Sequence record: PP885688.1
Length of the DNA: 64,000 nt
Strand: one strand, 5' to 3'
A program made the position numbers and the translations under genes. Shown here piece by piece: positions 47,135 through 55,094 of this stretch (position 1 is the stretch's first letter; each line of letters opens with the position of its first letter). The notes beneath the pieces were generated by a model, which saw only the letters and a program-made list of their open reading frames with translations, did no database searches and had not been told where the DNA came from.

Positions 47135-48583
47135 TTACTGCCCGTTATAGGGAAGAACGCCCGAGCCAGCAACGTTCATCACTACCTGCCAGGCCTCAGG
47201 CATGCGTGCAGCCACACCATTGGGCCCAACCAGCGGTTCTACCTTCTTATACGCGGCCACGATCTCATCCAGAACCCTAAGGGCCTGCTTGCGATCGCTT
47301 ATGTTGCCCTCCAGCTGCTCCGTGGCGACGTACTCCAAGGCATTGCGGAAGAACGGGCCCGGCTCAACGAAGCGTTCTATCAGATCCTTGCCGGTGACCA
47401 GCTTGACCGGGTGAAGGACATGCTCCGGCGTCTCCGCCAGCACCTTCTCACAGAACTCCGCGTTGTCCATCTTGCCGGATCCGGACGAGGCATCCAGTTT
47501 GTGGAGTGCGAGCAGCTCGGGGAAGAGAGGCTGACCGACGAACTTGAGCAGCTTGCTCTTCCGCATCTCCTGCGTCACACGAAACTTCATGTGCTGGCTG
47601 ACGAGCATGAAGACGACCTGCTTGAACGCGACAGGGAACTTCAGACGAGTGAGTATCTCCTCCGCCTTGCGAGCACCGACGTGTTCGTGATCGTAGAAGG
47701 TAGGCTGACCATCCTTCAGACCGCGCGTCGCGGGCTTGCCTACGTCATGCAGCAACGCAGCCCATGCCAGTGTCGGAGAACAACCGTACTCCAGCTGACG
47801 CATCAGGCCCATAGTGTGGACGTAGACGTCGCCCTCGGGATGATGCTTCGGGTTCTGCTCGCATCCGTGCAGCTCTAAGACCTCTGGCAGCAAGGCATGC
47901 ATAAGCTTGGTTTCTTCCAGCAAACCAAGACCGTAGACTGCATCTCCAGAGGTGAGTATGAGCGTCAGCTCGTCCCGTACGCGCTCGGTAGGCACGTTGA
48001 GGACATCAGCCCACAACTTCCCTATCGCACGGCGGGTAAGGGCCTCAAGCTTGAACTGCAGCTTGGCGCAAAAGCGTACAGCACGCAGCATCCGCAGCTT
48101 GTCCTCACGGAACCGCGTCTCTGGATCCCCGACACACCGCACTATCCCCTGTGCCAGATCGAGCCGGGCACCCAGGTGATCTATGACGTTGCCGTCGCGA
48201 TCCATGAGTAACGTGTTCATGACGAAGTCGCGGCGCTGGAGATCCTCAAGGACGTCAGTGGTGTAGGCCACACTGTCAGGGCGGCGTGAGTCTGAGTAGA
48301 CGCCATCGAGGCGGAAGGTCCCGACCTCGAAGACCTCGTCCTCGAACTCGACGCGGCTCACACCGAAGTTGTTGCCGACTAGTACAGACTTCGGGAACAG
48401 CTCGGCTATCTCCTCCGGCGTCGCTGAGGTGCTGAGGTCATAGTCGTGTATCGGGCGGCCAAGGACATAGTCCCGGACGCATCCGCCAACCAGGTACGCG
48501 TGATAGCCCGCATCGTTGAGCAAACCGACCAGCCGCAAAGGCTTCGGGTCAACCGGGGTTCGTTCGTTAGTCAAGTCCAACAT
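47135..48583 (-). CDS. cca: CCA-adding enzyme / tRNA nucleotidyltransferase with HD domain
   Basis: YLVGGCVRD..DYDLST, RRDF, EDKLRMLRAVRF, HPEGDVYVHT..LLHDVGK. Confidence 0.92.
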   Translation of the reverse strand: MLDLTNERTPVDPKPLRLVGLLNDAGYHAYLVGGCVRDYVLGRPIHDYDLSTSATPEEIAELFPKSVLVGNNFGVSRVEFEDEVFEVGTFRLDGVYSDSRRPDSVAYTTDVLEDLQRRDFVMNTLLMDRDGNVIDHLGARLDLAQGIVRCVGDPETRFREDKLRMLRAVRFCAKLQFKLEALTRRAIGKLWADVLNVPTERVRDELTLILTSGDAVYGLGLLEETKLMHALLPEVLELHGCEQNPKHHPEGDVYVHTMGLMRQLEYGCSPTLAWAALLHDVGKPATRGLKDGQPTFYDHEHVGARKAEEILTRLKFPVAFKQVVFMLVSQHMKFRVTQEMRKSKLLKFVGQPLFPELLALHKLDASSGSGKMDNAEFCEKVLAETPEHVLHPVKLVTGKDLIERFVEPGPFFRNALEYVATEQLEGNISDRKQALRVLDEIVAAYKKVEPLVGPNGVAARMPEAWQVVMNVAGSGVLPYNGQ

Positions 48584-48992
48584 GCTCTTCCTCTTTCTTT
48601 GCGATCAGCGCCCATACGGCTGCGATCGTCCTAATATCCTGATACCCACCCCAAGGGTCTTTCACCCAATTACGGGGTCCATATTTTTCTACGGCCCAGG
48701 CCTGCGCCCGTGCCAGACAGTTTTTCTTCGCTTCAGCACCTTCGCCCGAGCTGGGATAGAAGGTCTTGTGTCCCTCGTTGTACCAGGGCCCTGCCGGATC
48801 CGACTTCTCACCGACCCGATGCACCTGGGAGATGTGAAGGGAGCTCCTACCTCCGCCGACCGACCCTCCGTTGTAGACATACAGCGGATCTGGTCCACAC
48901 TTCGCGATCTCGTGGGAGTTGAAGATCCTGACGGCCCGCATCTGGTCCCGCGTGGGGAACTTCGTCGGGTTCTTCGGAATCCTCACGCTCAT
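48567..48992 (-). CDS. Hypothetical protein
   Basis: ATGA-coupled to the upstream gene. Confidence 0.65.
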   Translation of the reverse strand: MSVRIPKNPTKFPTRDQMRAVRIFNSHEIAKCGPDPLYVYNGGSVGGGRSSLHISQVHRVGEKSDPAGPWYNEGHKTFYPSSGEGAEAKKNCLARAQAWAVEKYGPRNWVKDPWGGYQDIRTIAAVWALIAKKEEEHVGLD

Positions 48993-49249
48993 ACTCGAAC
49001 CCATTTCGTCTTACCTAGCCACCAATGCCGCCAGATCACCCACTGCAGGTACAGAGCCCCAACAAATAGGGCGGTGGTGTGGCGGGTGATGAGTGCAAGC
49101 GCTATCGATAGCACTGCGTCCTGCGCCCCGATGAGCCACTTGCGGGTAGTGGAAATATCATCCCGAGTGCCGGTCGGAGGTAGCTTGACCGTCACGATGT
49201 TGGATCTCCGGTCGGCGTTCCTGGCGAAGAAGCCCTGGTGATGCCTCAT
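48989..49249 (-). CDS. Small membrane protein (one hydrophobic segment)
   Basis: Hydrophobic AVLSIALALIT..ALFVGALYLQWVIW; coupled start/stop. Confidence 0.6.
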   Translation of the reverse strand: MRHHQGFFARNADRRSNIVTVKLPPTGTRDDISTTRKWLIGAQDAVLSIALALITRHTTALFVGALYLQWVIWRHWWLGKTKWVRV

Positions 49250-49440
49250 GCTGCGATAGTCCTTTCAGCGACGAGCCGGATCTTGGGACCGAGCTTCTTG
49301 ACCAGCCGATCCGCCTCCATCAGCGCCTCGGTGCGGGTCATGGCTGGGGTCTCCCGCTGGAGATCGTTGGCGAGCACGGCCACGGACTGAACGATCTCGT
49401 TGATTGGGTGAAGGCCGAGAGCGTACTCGTTAGCTGTCAT
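49246..49440 (-). CDS. Hypothetical protein (64 aa)
   Basis: GAGGAG SD before ATG 49440. Confidence 0.65.
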   Translation of the reverse strand: MTANEYALGLHPINEIVQSVAVLANDLQRETPAMTRTEALMEADRLVKKLGPKIRLVAERTIAA

Positions 49441-49460
49441 GGAACTCTCCTCTCTCAATT

Positions 49461-49925
49461 CTAGTTGGGCTGCGTGAAGTAGCCATAGACGCAGCGGGTG
49501 CCTCTCCGCGAGCAGTCATACGTATCGTGAATGGCTCCGTCGATCACGGCGACCATATGTTTGCTCACCTTGACGATCAACCGACCCGCAGGCAGCTCCG
49601 AGGACTTGAGGTGAACCTTGCAGCCAGACCCGATTGTCATAGTCGGCGTCCACACCCATCCCAGGGATTCCAGGTAGCGGCGAGAGGTGTCTTTGTACAC
49701 GCCGTTACGGGCGCTGGAGAGACGCTTCTTACGCCTGGTGATACGTTCCTTTGTTGCCAGACCGTTGAGCGCGTCATAGACCTCCTGATACGGCTTGCCG
49801 GTGGCGATCGCGATGGCCCGGGTGACGCAGTCTCCTACCTTCCCTTTGTATCCCGCCGCCAACCTGCCGCCGTCGTTGAAGACGTGCTCGCTATGGCCGG
49901 TCGGTGCTGTCAGTACTCCGTTCAT
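49461..49925 (-). CDS. Conserved phage protein, possible papain-like (C39-related) fold
   Basis: GDCVTRAIAIATG..YQEVY and KHMVAVIDG..HDTYD; GGAGGT SD before ATG 49925. Confidence 0.55.
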   Translation of the reverse strand: MNGVLTAPTGHSEHVFNDGGRLAAGYKGKVGDCVTRAIAIATGKPYQEVYDALNGLATKERITRRKKRLSSARNGVYKDTSRRYLESLGWVWTPTMTIGSGCKVHLKSSELPAGRLIVKVSKHMVAVIDGAIHDTYDCSRRGTRCVYGYFTQPN

Positions 49926-49951
49926 TACCTCTCCCTTCCGGTTGGTGATAC

Positions 49952-50398
49952 TTACTCGACTCGCTTCCAGAGAAGCAGGGCAGGTGCGAAGTAGCGCTCC
50001 CGGTCGGTCATGTCCCGCCATGCGGTGAGCTCAGGCCATGCTGCGATCTGAGCGCGGGATGCTGGCTTGACTCGAGCCGGAGCACCCTTGTCGGTCGACC
50101 GCCACGGGTAATCCTTCTTCCAGTTGCCTATCTTCACGTGGTTCACGCTGGCCTTGTTGAGGGTCTCAGCTTCGCCGTAGACTTCGCGGCCACCGACGGC
50201 GACCAGCTCGTACCGGATGCCCTCAAGCTTCGCCGCGCGTACAGGCCGGGTGCCGTCCGCAGTCTTCAGGCATCCGTGGTTCTTACCACCGCAGCTGCAT
50301 CGGCAGACCAGCTCCTGGGCGGACCAGCAGGCCTCGCCGCAGGTCGTGTGAGTCAAGATTGCGATGATGTCAGCGGTCAATGTCGTGGTCTGCGTCAT
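49952..50398 (-). CDS. Cys-rich hypothetical protein
   Basis: CGEACWSAQELVCRCSCGGKNHGC cluster. Confidence 0.7.
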   Translation of the reverse strand: MTQTTTLTADIIAILTHTTCGEACWSAQELVCRCSCGGKNHGCLKTADGTRPVRAAKLEGIRYELVAVGGREVYGEAETLNKASVNHVKIGNWKKDYPWRSTDKGAPARVKPASRAQIAAWPELTAWRDMTDRERYFAPALLLWKRVE

Positions 50399-50411
50399 GG
50401 TGTCCTCTACC

Positions 50412-50444
50412 TCAACCTACAAACCGAAAAGTGCGAAAGATGAA
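50412..50444 (-). promoter_or_regulatory. Class A promoter-like motif (TTCATCTTT-N13-TTGTAGGTTGA)
   Basis: Exact consensus. Confidence 0.8.
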
Positions 50445-50465
50445 AACGGGGGAAAGATTCTTCCC

Positions 50466-50801
50466 CTAGTCCATCGCGTAGTACATGTGAGCGTCGACAC
50501 CGGTGGCGACGATGGCCTTGCGAGCTGCCTCCGCCATCACGGTGCGGCGGTTGCCCTGGCCGTTGTAGCAGTGGAGCGTGAGCCGACGACCGTGAAAGCC
50601 GTACTCGCTAAGAGTGACGAGGGCCTCGGGTACCTGGGCGATGATCTCGTTGACCTGCTTCTCGCGCATGCCGGGAGTTGGGATGTAGGCGGAGTCAAAG
50701 TTGCAGGTGCCTCCATCGGCATCAGCGCCTTGGTCAGCAGCTTTGGCGGCAGCAACAGCGGCCTTGATGGCCTCAACGATCTTCGCGGTGTCGTACTTCA
50801 T
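50466..50801 (-). CDS. Hypothetical early-type protein (111 aa)
   Basis: Clean ORF in the small-gene block. Confidence 0.7.
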   Translation of the reverse strand: MKYDTAKIVEAIKAAVAAAKAADQGADADGGTCNFDSAYIPTPGMREKQVNEIIAQVPEALVTLSEYGFHGRRLTLHCYNGQGNRRTVMAEAARKAIVATGVDAHMYYAMD

Positions 50802-50836
50802 GGTGGGTCCCTTTCGTGTGATGGGTTAGGCGTGAA

Positions 50837-51190
50837 CTATGCGCGGGTGGCGACGTACGTCTTGGCACCGTCGAAGCGGTCGTAGTAATCCACGACCCTC
50901 TTGCGGGCTGAGGTGATCGCTTCCTTCGCGTTGTAGGCAAGGACCTCGATCGTGGTGCCGAAGTCGTCGCAGGCCGGATACTTCACGGTGATCTTGACTT
51001 TGTAGGTGTGAATGGTGCGAGCGGACCGTACGCGCGTCTTCTTCGCAGTGGGGGCTGTGACCTTACCGTCCAGGGCTGCGACGACTTCATCCGGGGTGCT
51101 CTTCTCTACCATGTTCTCGAAGATGCCGTTGATGAAACCGTAGAAGACCTGCTTGCCGTTCCGCATCAAGATTCCGACTCGTGGATCCAT
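50837..51190 (-). CDS. Hypothetical early-type protein (117 aa)
   Basis: ATG 51190 after class A motif and GAGGG SD. Confidence 0.7.
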   Translation of the reverse strand: MDPRVGILMRNGKQVFYGFINGIFENMVEKSTPDEVVAALDGKVTAPTAKKTRVRSARTIHTYKVKITVKYPACDDFGTTIEVLAYNAKEAITSARKRVVDYYDRFDGAKTYVATRA

Positions 51191-51210
51191 GTTGTTGTTG
51201 CCCTCTAAAT

Positions 51211-51243
51211 TCAACCTACAAACCAAAAAGGTCGAAAGATGAA
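51211..51243 (-). promoter_or_regulatory. Class A promoter-like motif
   Basis: Exact consensus, 13-nt spacer. Confidence 0.8.
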
Positions 51244-51260
51244 TTTGAGGGCAAACTTTT

Positions 51261-51809
51261 TTAGACGACGGCCTCGTTCACGATGAAGGTCTTGTCGATC
51301 GTGTTGTCGACCATGAACTCAAGTGTGCTGTCGACCGAGATCTGGTTATAGGACCAGGTGTCATAGCAAGACCAGCTGCTGCTGCTGATCTTCTGGTCCT
51401 GAACGAGGACGCGCTTGATCTTCAGACCCTTGCACATGAGTGTGACAAACTGTCCGAAGCTGGAGGGACGGACCGGCAACGCGTTCTGGACCTTGGCGAC
51501 AACCTTGAGGATGTCGACGAGTTCCTGGGCCTCGCTGACCCGTTCGATGTCGCGCACGTTGCGGAGACCGAGCGTCTGAGCGTAGACGCCCTTGTCCTTG
51601 CGAGCGGGCTCCCACTGGCAGTGAAACCGGAGAGCATTGAGCTTGCGATGCGTCCCCTCGAAGTCGCTTAGGTTGCGGACCTTCTTCTCGTTGCCGTCCC
51701 ACCCGACGAAGCCGATCGTCCACGTAGCGTACTCACCACCGCTGCGTTCGATTTGGGTGGGTGCGAGGAGGAGGGCGACGTTGCTGAGGTCCATCTTGGC
51801 TTTTGACAT
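51261..51809 (-). CDS. Hypothetical early-type protein (182 aa)
   Basis: Own class A motif and GGAG SD. Confidence 0.7.
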   Translation of the reverse strand: MSKAKMDLSNVALLLAPTQIERSGGEYATWTIGFVGWDGNEKKVRNLSDFEGTHRKLNALRFHCQWEPARKDKGVYAQTLGLRNVRDIERVSEAQELVDILKVVAKVQNALPVRPSSFGQFVTLMCKGLKIKRVLVQDQKISSSSWSCYDTWSYNQISVDSTLEFMVDNTIDKTFIVNEAVV

Positions 51810-51828
51810 GTGATCTCTCCGTTCTTAT

Positions 51829-51861
51829 TCAACCTACAAAGGGCGTCGCCCCAAAGATGAA
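51829..51861 (-). promoter_or_regulatory. Class A promoter-like motif
   Basis: Exact consensus, 13-nt spacer. Confidence 0.8.
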
Positions 51862-51874
51862 AATGCGTGAAAGT

Positions 51875-52129
51875 TTATTTGGCGTCGAGAATTGCGTCCG
51901 TCAGATCCTTCAGTTCCATCCGGATCGCGGTGAGGCGGGCGAGACGCGAATCATGCTCAGCGAGCGCGAGTGCGTAAGCGTTCTCCCCTTGAGGGTAGTA
52001 GTCTCGAGAGTTCGGCGCGGCCTGCCCTACGGCTTCGATGGCCTTACGGAGCGCTACCATGGCGACGATGTTGGGTTGGGCTAGATCGTCGCGGCTGGTC
52101 CCGTTGCGGTGGATCGTGGGCTTCATCAT
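51875..52129 (-). CDS. Hypothetical early-type protein (84 aa)
   Basis: AAAGGA SD upstream. Confidence 0.65.
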   Translation of the reverse strand: MMKPTIHRNGTSRDDLAQPNIVAMVALRKAIEAVGQAAPNSRDYYPQGENAYALALAEHDSRLARLTAIRMELKDLTDAILDAK

Positions 52130-52146
52130 GGAGGAGGTCCTTTCGG

Positions 52147-52446
52147 TTAGAGGCTGAGGGCGAGGCCGGTGCGGTCGGCGATCATACGGCGGAGGTCTTC
52201 GTTGTAGACACCTTCGGTGGTCTCCAGCAGGGTGTACTTCATACCGCGAATCTTGCCGAACTCGATGGTGTAGGTATCGGACGGGGCGAGGATGACCTTG
52301 ATGTAGTTGATCCCGTCCTTGGCCCAGTTGGTGGAGGGCAGCTTGAACGATAGGGCGTCACTGTGTCCCGTATAGTTCTTCGCGCCGGTCATTACGGTGA
52401 ACCGGCCACCACCAAGTTGCTGCAGGATTGTTTGTGCGATTGTCAT
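52147..52446 (-). CDS. Conserved phage hypothetical protein (MTIAQTILQQLGGGRFTVMTGAK)
   Basis: TAATG coupling to the upstream gene. Confidence 0.7.
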   Translation of the reverse strand: MTIAQTILQQLGGGRFTVMTGAKNYTGHSDALSFKLPSTNWAKDGINYIKVILAPSDTYTIEFGKIRGMKYTLLETTEGVYNEDLRRMIADRTGLALSL

Positions 52447-52667
52447 TAGTCCCATCCCTTGTGAGCGCGAGCCCAGTCGAAAGCCTTGTATTCGCCACGG
52501 GCGTACTCGATGCAAGCCTTGACGTCGACGCCGAACATGTCAGCATACAGTTCAAGATTGCGGGCGGCCTCGTAGCGGCTGTCTGAGATCTCGCGCTTCT
52601 CTTCGTGGGCGGTGTCCCACTCGTTCTGCATTGCCGAGTCCCAAACGTTTTCTGGTGTATATGCCAT
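52446..52667 (-). CDS. Hypothetical early-type protein (73 aa), probably leaderless
   Basis: ATG 6 nt after class A motif; no SD. Confidence 0.7.
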   Translation of the reverse strand: MAYTPENVWDSAMQNEWDTAHEEKREISDSRYEAARNLELYADMFGVDVKACIEYARGEYKAFDWARAHKGWD

Positions 52668-52673
52668 CTAACT

Positions 52674-52706
52674 TCAACCTACAATCCTCGAAACCCCAAA
52701 GATGAA
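52674..52706 (-). promoter_or_regulatory. Class A promoter-like motif
   Basis: Exact consensus, 13-nt spacer. Confidence 0.8.
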
Positions 52707-52747
52707 ATTGAAACGAAAATAGTTTTACCGACTTCGGAGTTCAGAGT

Positions 52748-53134
52748 ATGAACTTCAAGTCCGTACTCTACCTCGACGACATGCGCACCCCGATCGTCTT
52801 CGGCATCGACGTCGTCCGCAACTATGAGCAGTTCGTATGGCACCTGCAGAACAAGGAGATGCCGAAGCTGATCTCCTTCGACCATGATCTTTCAACCGAG
52901 CACTACCCGGTCTTCGAGAACAAGCCGGGCATGCAGATCCCCTACGACGCCTACAAGGAGAAGACCGGCCTACACGCGGCGAGGTACATCATCGAGAACA
53001 AGCTGCCGCTACAGTACTGGATGGTCCACTCGATGAATGTGCAGGGTCGACTCAACATCGAGGCTGAGCTTCGACGCTACTGTCCCCAGGGCGAGCTGCG
53101 CGGCGTCACGATCCCGTATCGCATCAAGGGATGA
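52748..53134 (+). CDS. Cyclic-phosphate-processing receiver domain protein
   Basis: LYLDDMRTP..VRNYEQF..ISFDHDL..TG..VHSMNVQG pattern. Confidence 0.8.
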   Translation: MNFKSVLYLDDMRTPIVFGIDVVRNYEQFVWHLQNKEMPKLISFDHDLSTEHYPVFENKPGMQIPYDAYKEKTGLHAARYIIENKLPLQYWMVHSMNVQGRLNIEAELRRYCPQGELRGVTIPYRIKG

Positions 53135-53221
53135 GTTTGTAACTCGATCTGAATTTATTTTCGGAATTCGATGAAACACTTTTCGAGAATCCGGGTCGAA
53201 GTAGTCACGAGGTTTTACTCC

Positions 53222-53335
53222 ATGCAACATGTATCCACATTCCGTTTCGCAGTCCCAGCCACCGCCGGTAATCCGGCAGGTCAGCAGGGTACGAACGCGT
53301 GCGATACAGGCGGGGGTAAGGTGGTCAAGTGGTAA
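53222..53335 (+). CDS. Putative attenuator leader peptide 2 (MQHVSTFRFAVPATAGNPAGQQGTNACDTGGGKVVKW)
   Basis: GAGG SD 9 nt upstream; codons 6-26 are 20/21 amino acids with tRNAs in array 2; followed by a terminator. Confidence 0.7.
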   Translation: MQHVSTFRFAVPATAGNPAGQQGTNACDTGGGKVVKW

Positions 53336-53355
53336 TTTGATCCCAAAGTTTTCAC

Positions 53356-53384
53356 AAGCCCCCAGCCTAAAGGCTGGGTTTTTT
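53356..53384 (+). terminator. Attenuator terminator before tRNA array 2
   Basis: CCCAGCC-taaa-GGCTGGG-TTTTTT; the 5' arm can alternatively pair with GGCGGGGG at 53309-53316. Confidence 0.8.
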
Positions 53385-53475
53385 GTTTGCAGTAAACAAG
53401 TTTCGAGAACTGACTTATACGTCAATTACAACGGGTTTCAGGCCCAAAATTGACGCATACATCAACTCTCAGTGT

Positions 53476-53552
53476 TCCGGAGTAGCTCAGTGGTAGTAGC
53501 GGCTGGGCTGTTAACCAGAAGGTCGGGGGTTCGATCCCCTCCTCCGGAGCCA
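53476..53552 (+). tRNA. tRNA-Asn(GTT), apparent 8-nt anticodon loop
   Basis: Cloverleaf, G73, CCA; CTGG-gctGTTaa-CCAG. Confidence 0.8.
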
Positions 53553-53628
53553 ACAAGTGTAGTAGCAACACCCGACGCTCCCAGGAGCACCATCGGGCCG
53601 GTGGATTTTTGACAACCGAAGTGCATGT

Positions 53629-53706
53629 TGGGGAGTAGCTCAAGTTGGTAGTAGCGCCTGACTCTGAATCAGGAGGTTAGAGGTTCGAGGCCTCTCTCCC
53701 CAACCA
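53629..53706 (+). tRNA. tRNA-Gln(CTG)
   Basis: CCTGA-ctCTGaa-TCAGG, CCA. Confidence 0.92.
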
Positions 53707-53724
53707 ACAAGTTTAGTTTCACGA

Positions 53725-53800
53725 TGGGCAGTGGAGTAATCGGTAGCTCACCTGACTTTGAATCAGGACGGCGTGGGTTCGAGCCCTACCTGCCCAACCA
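53725..53800 (+). tRNA. tRNA-Gln(TTG)
   Basis: CCTGA-ctTTGaa-TCAGG, CCA. Confidence 0.92.
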
Positions 53801-53820
53801 TCAACATTCTCTTTCCCAGC

Positions 53821-53913
53821 GTGCCAGCGTTGGACGGTAGAGAACCGGAGAGCGCAACAAGCCTCCGTGGAGCTGGCGAGTCCGACACCGTCCTGGTGTC
53901 CGGCCACACTCCA
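53821..53913 (+). ncRNA. Candidate pseudoknotted small RNA ending in CCA
   Basis: Crossing helices 53823-28/53872-77 and 53830-35/53880-85; hairpin GACACC/GGTGTC. Confidence 0.35.
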
Positions 53914-53917
53914 AAAT

Positions 53918-53992
53918 GCGGGATTAGCTCAGTGGTAGAGCGCAACCTTGCCAAGGTTGAGGTCGTGGGTTCGAGCCCCACATCCCGCTCCA
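53918..53992 (+). tRNA. tRNA-Gly(GCC)
   Basis: Canonical cloverleaf, U73, CCA. Confidence 0.95.
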
Positions 53993-53998
53993 ATTTCA

Positions 53999-54030
53999 AT
54001 ATTCACCCTCGTGACCACTTCCGAGGTATT
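53999..54030 (+). promoter_or_regulatory. Class B promoter-like motif (ATATTC-N19-AGGTATT) inside tRNA array 2
   Basis: ATATTCACCCT box also seen at 62800; conserved spacing. Confidence 0.65.
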
Positions 54031-54049
54031 AGCAAGTAGACATCAACAC

Positions 54050-54125
54050 GCCCGGGTAGCTCAGTGGTCAGAGCGCCTGCTTCGTAAGCAGAGGGTCGTC
54101 GGTTCAACTCCGACTCTGGGCTCCA
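54050..54125 (+). tRNA. tRNA-Thr(CGT)
   Basis: Cloverleaf, loop ttCGTaa, CCA. Confidence 0.92.
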
Positions 54126-54147
54126 ACTCGAACGAAAGGAGACTGTC

Positions 54148-54669
54148 ATGAGCAAGCTGATGAAGAGGCCGGTACTCGTACTCAACGCCTACTACGAGCC
54201 AATCAGTATCACCCCGGCGCAGAATGCCATGAAGCTCCTCGTCAAGGGTGTCGCTGACGACATCACGGAGCCAGAGCAAGACGCTCGCTTCGTTCACATC
54301 AATTTCAGACTGCCGAGCGTTGTCCGTCTGTCTCAGTACAGGCGCATCCCGTACCGGCATGTCATGCCTCACCGGCACAACATCATCCTTCGCGACGGCA
54401 ACACCTGCCAGTACTGCTACCAGGTGTTCCCAAGCATCCAGCTCACGATGGATCACGTCATCCCCCGTGCGCAAGGCGGTAAGTCGACCTGGGAGAACCT
54501 GGTCGCCGCATGCCAGCCCTGCAATGGATTGAAGGCTGACCGTACGCCGGAGCAGGCAGGTATGGAACTCCTCAGGGTGCCGAGGATGCTGTCGATCCAC
54601 ACCTCGCGGCACATGCTGCGGATGCTGGGTAGCACAGATCCGAACTGGAGGAAGTACCTGTACCACTAA
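54148..54669 (+). CDS. HNH endonuclease
   Basis: RDGNTCQYC..TMDHVIPRAQGGKSTWENLVAACQPCN..K. Confidence 0.92.
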   Translation: MSKLMKRPVLVLNAYYEPISITPAQNAMKLLVKGVADDITEPEQDARFVHINFRLPSVVRLSQYRRIPYRHVMPHRHNIILRDGNTCQYCYQVFPSIQLTMDHVIPRAQGGKSTWENLVAACQPCNGLKADRTPEQAGMELLRVPRMLSIHTSRHMLRMLGSTDPNWRKYLYH

Positions 54670-54676
54670 CTTCAAC

Positions 54677-54752
54677 GCCGCCGTAGCTCAGTTGGCAGAG
54701 CACTCCCTTGGTAAGGGAAAGGTCATCGGTTCGACTCCGATTGGTGGCTCCA
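54677..54752 (+). tRNA. tRNA-Thr(GGT)
   Basis: Cloverleaf, loop ttGGTaa, CCA. Confidence 0.93.
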
Positions 54753-54756
54753 TAAA

Positions 54757-55075
54757 TGTGGACTCTGGTTTGGTCCAGTCTAAAGACTCCGTACCTGGAA
54801 GCACTCCGGTGCTGCAGACGACGGGGCAGTCTCCTACGATCTGCCTGAAAGGAATCTGGTGAGCCTTGGCCCCAGTGACCGGGATGGTTGATGAGCATTG
54901 CGACCCATCGGACGCGAGCGGGAATCCGGCGATAACCGGAGATAGAAACACTCGTTTGTCTCGACCGTAGAACAGGGCGACACCTGCCCGGACGTAACCT
55001 CTGCGAAGAGGGTCATAAGCGCGATGATGGTCGCGACTGAGTCCAGTGGTGAATACCTCGGAGAGAGCTCCGGCA
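54757..55075 (+). ncRNA. Candidate large structured ncRNA (~300 nt)
   Basis: No convincing ORF; closing helix TGGACTC/GAGTCCA and at least 7 local hairpins, one with a GCGA tetraloop. Confidence 0.5.
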
Positions 55076-55094
55076 TAAAGTTTAGGAGAGTCGT

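Noticed and set aside
53318-53330. T-box riboswitch (AAGGTGGT resembles the T-box start)
   Set aside because: The ACC/GCG continuation and a Stem I specifier are absent; a translated leader explains the region better.
53229-53453. Alternative leader frame MYPHSVSQSQPPP
   Set aside because: It runs through the terminator and is poorly spaced from the SD; frame 53222 stops before the terminator and matches the tRNA set better. Not fully excluded.
53553-53625. Theta/HDV-like ribozyme or degenerate tRNA after tRNA-Asn
   Set aside because: Small hairpins are present, but no consistent P1/P2/P3 pairing or cloverleaf could be built.
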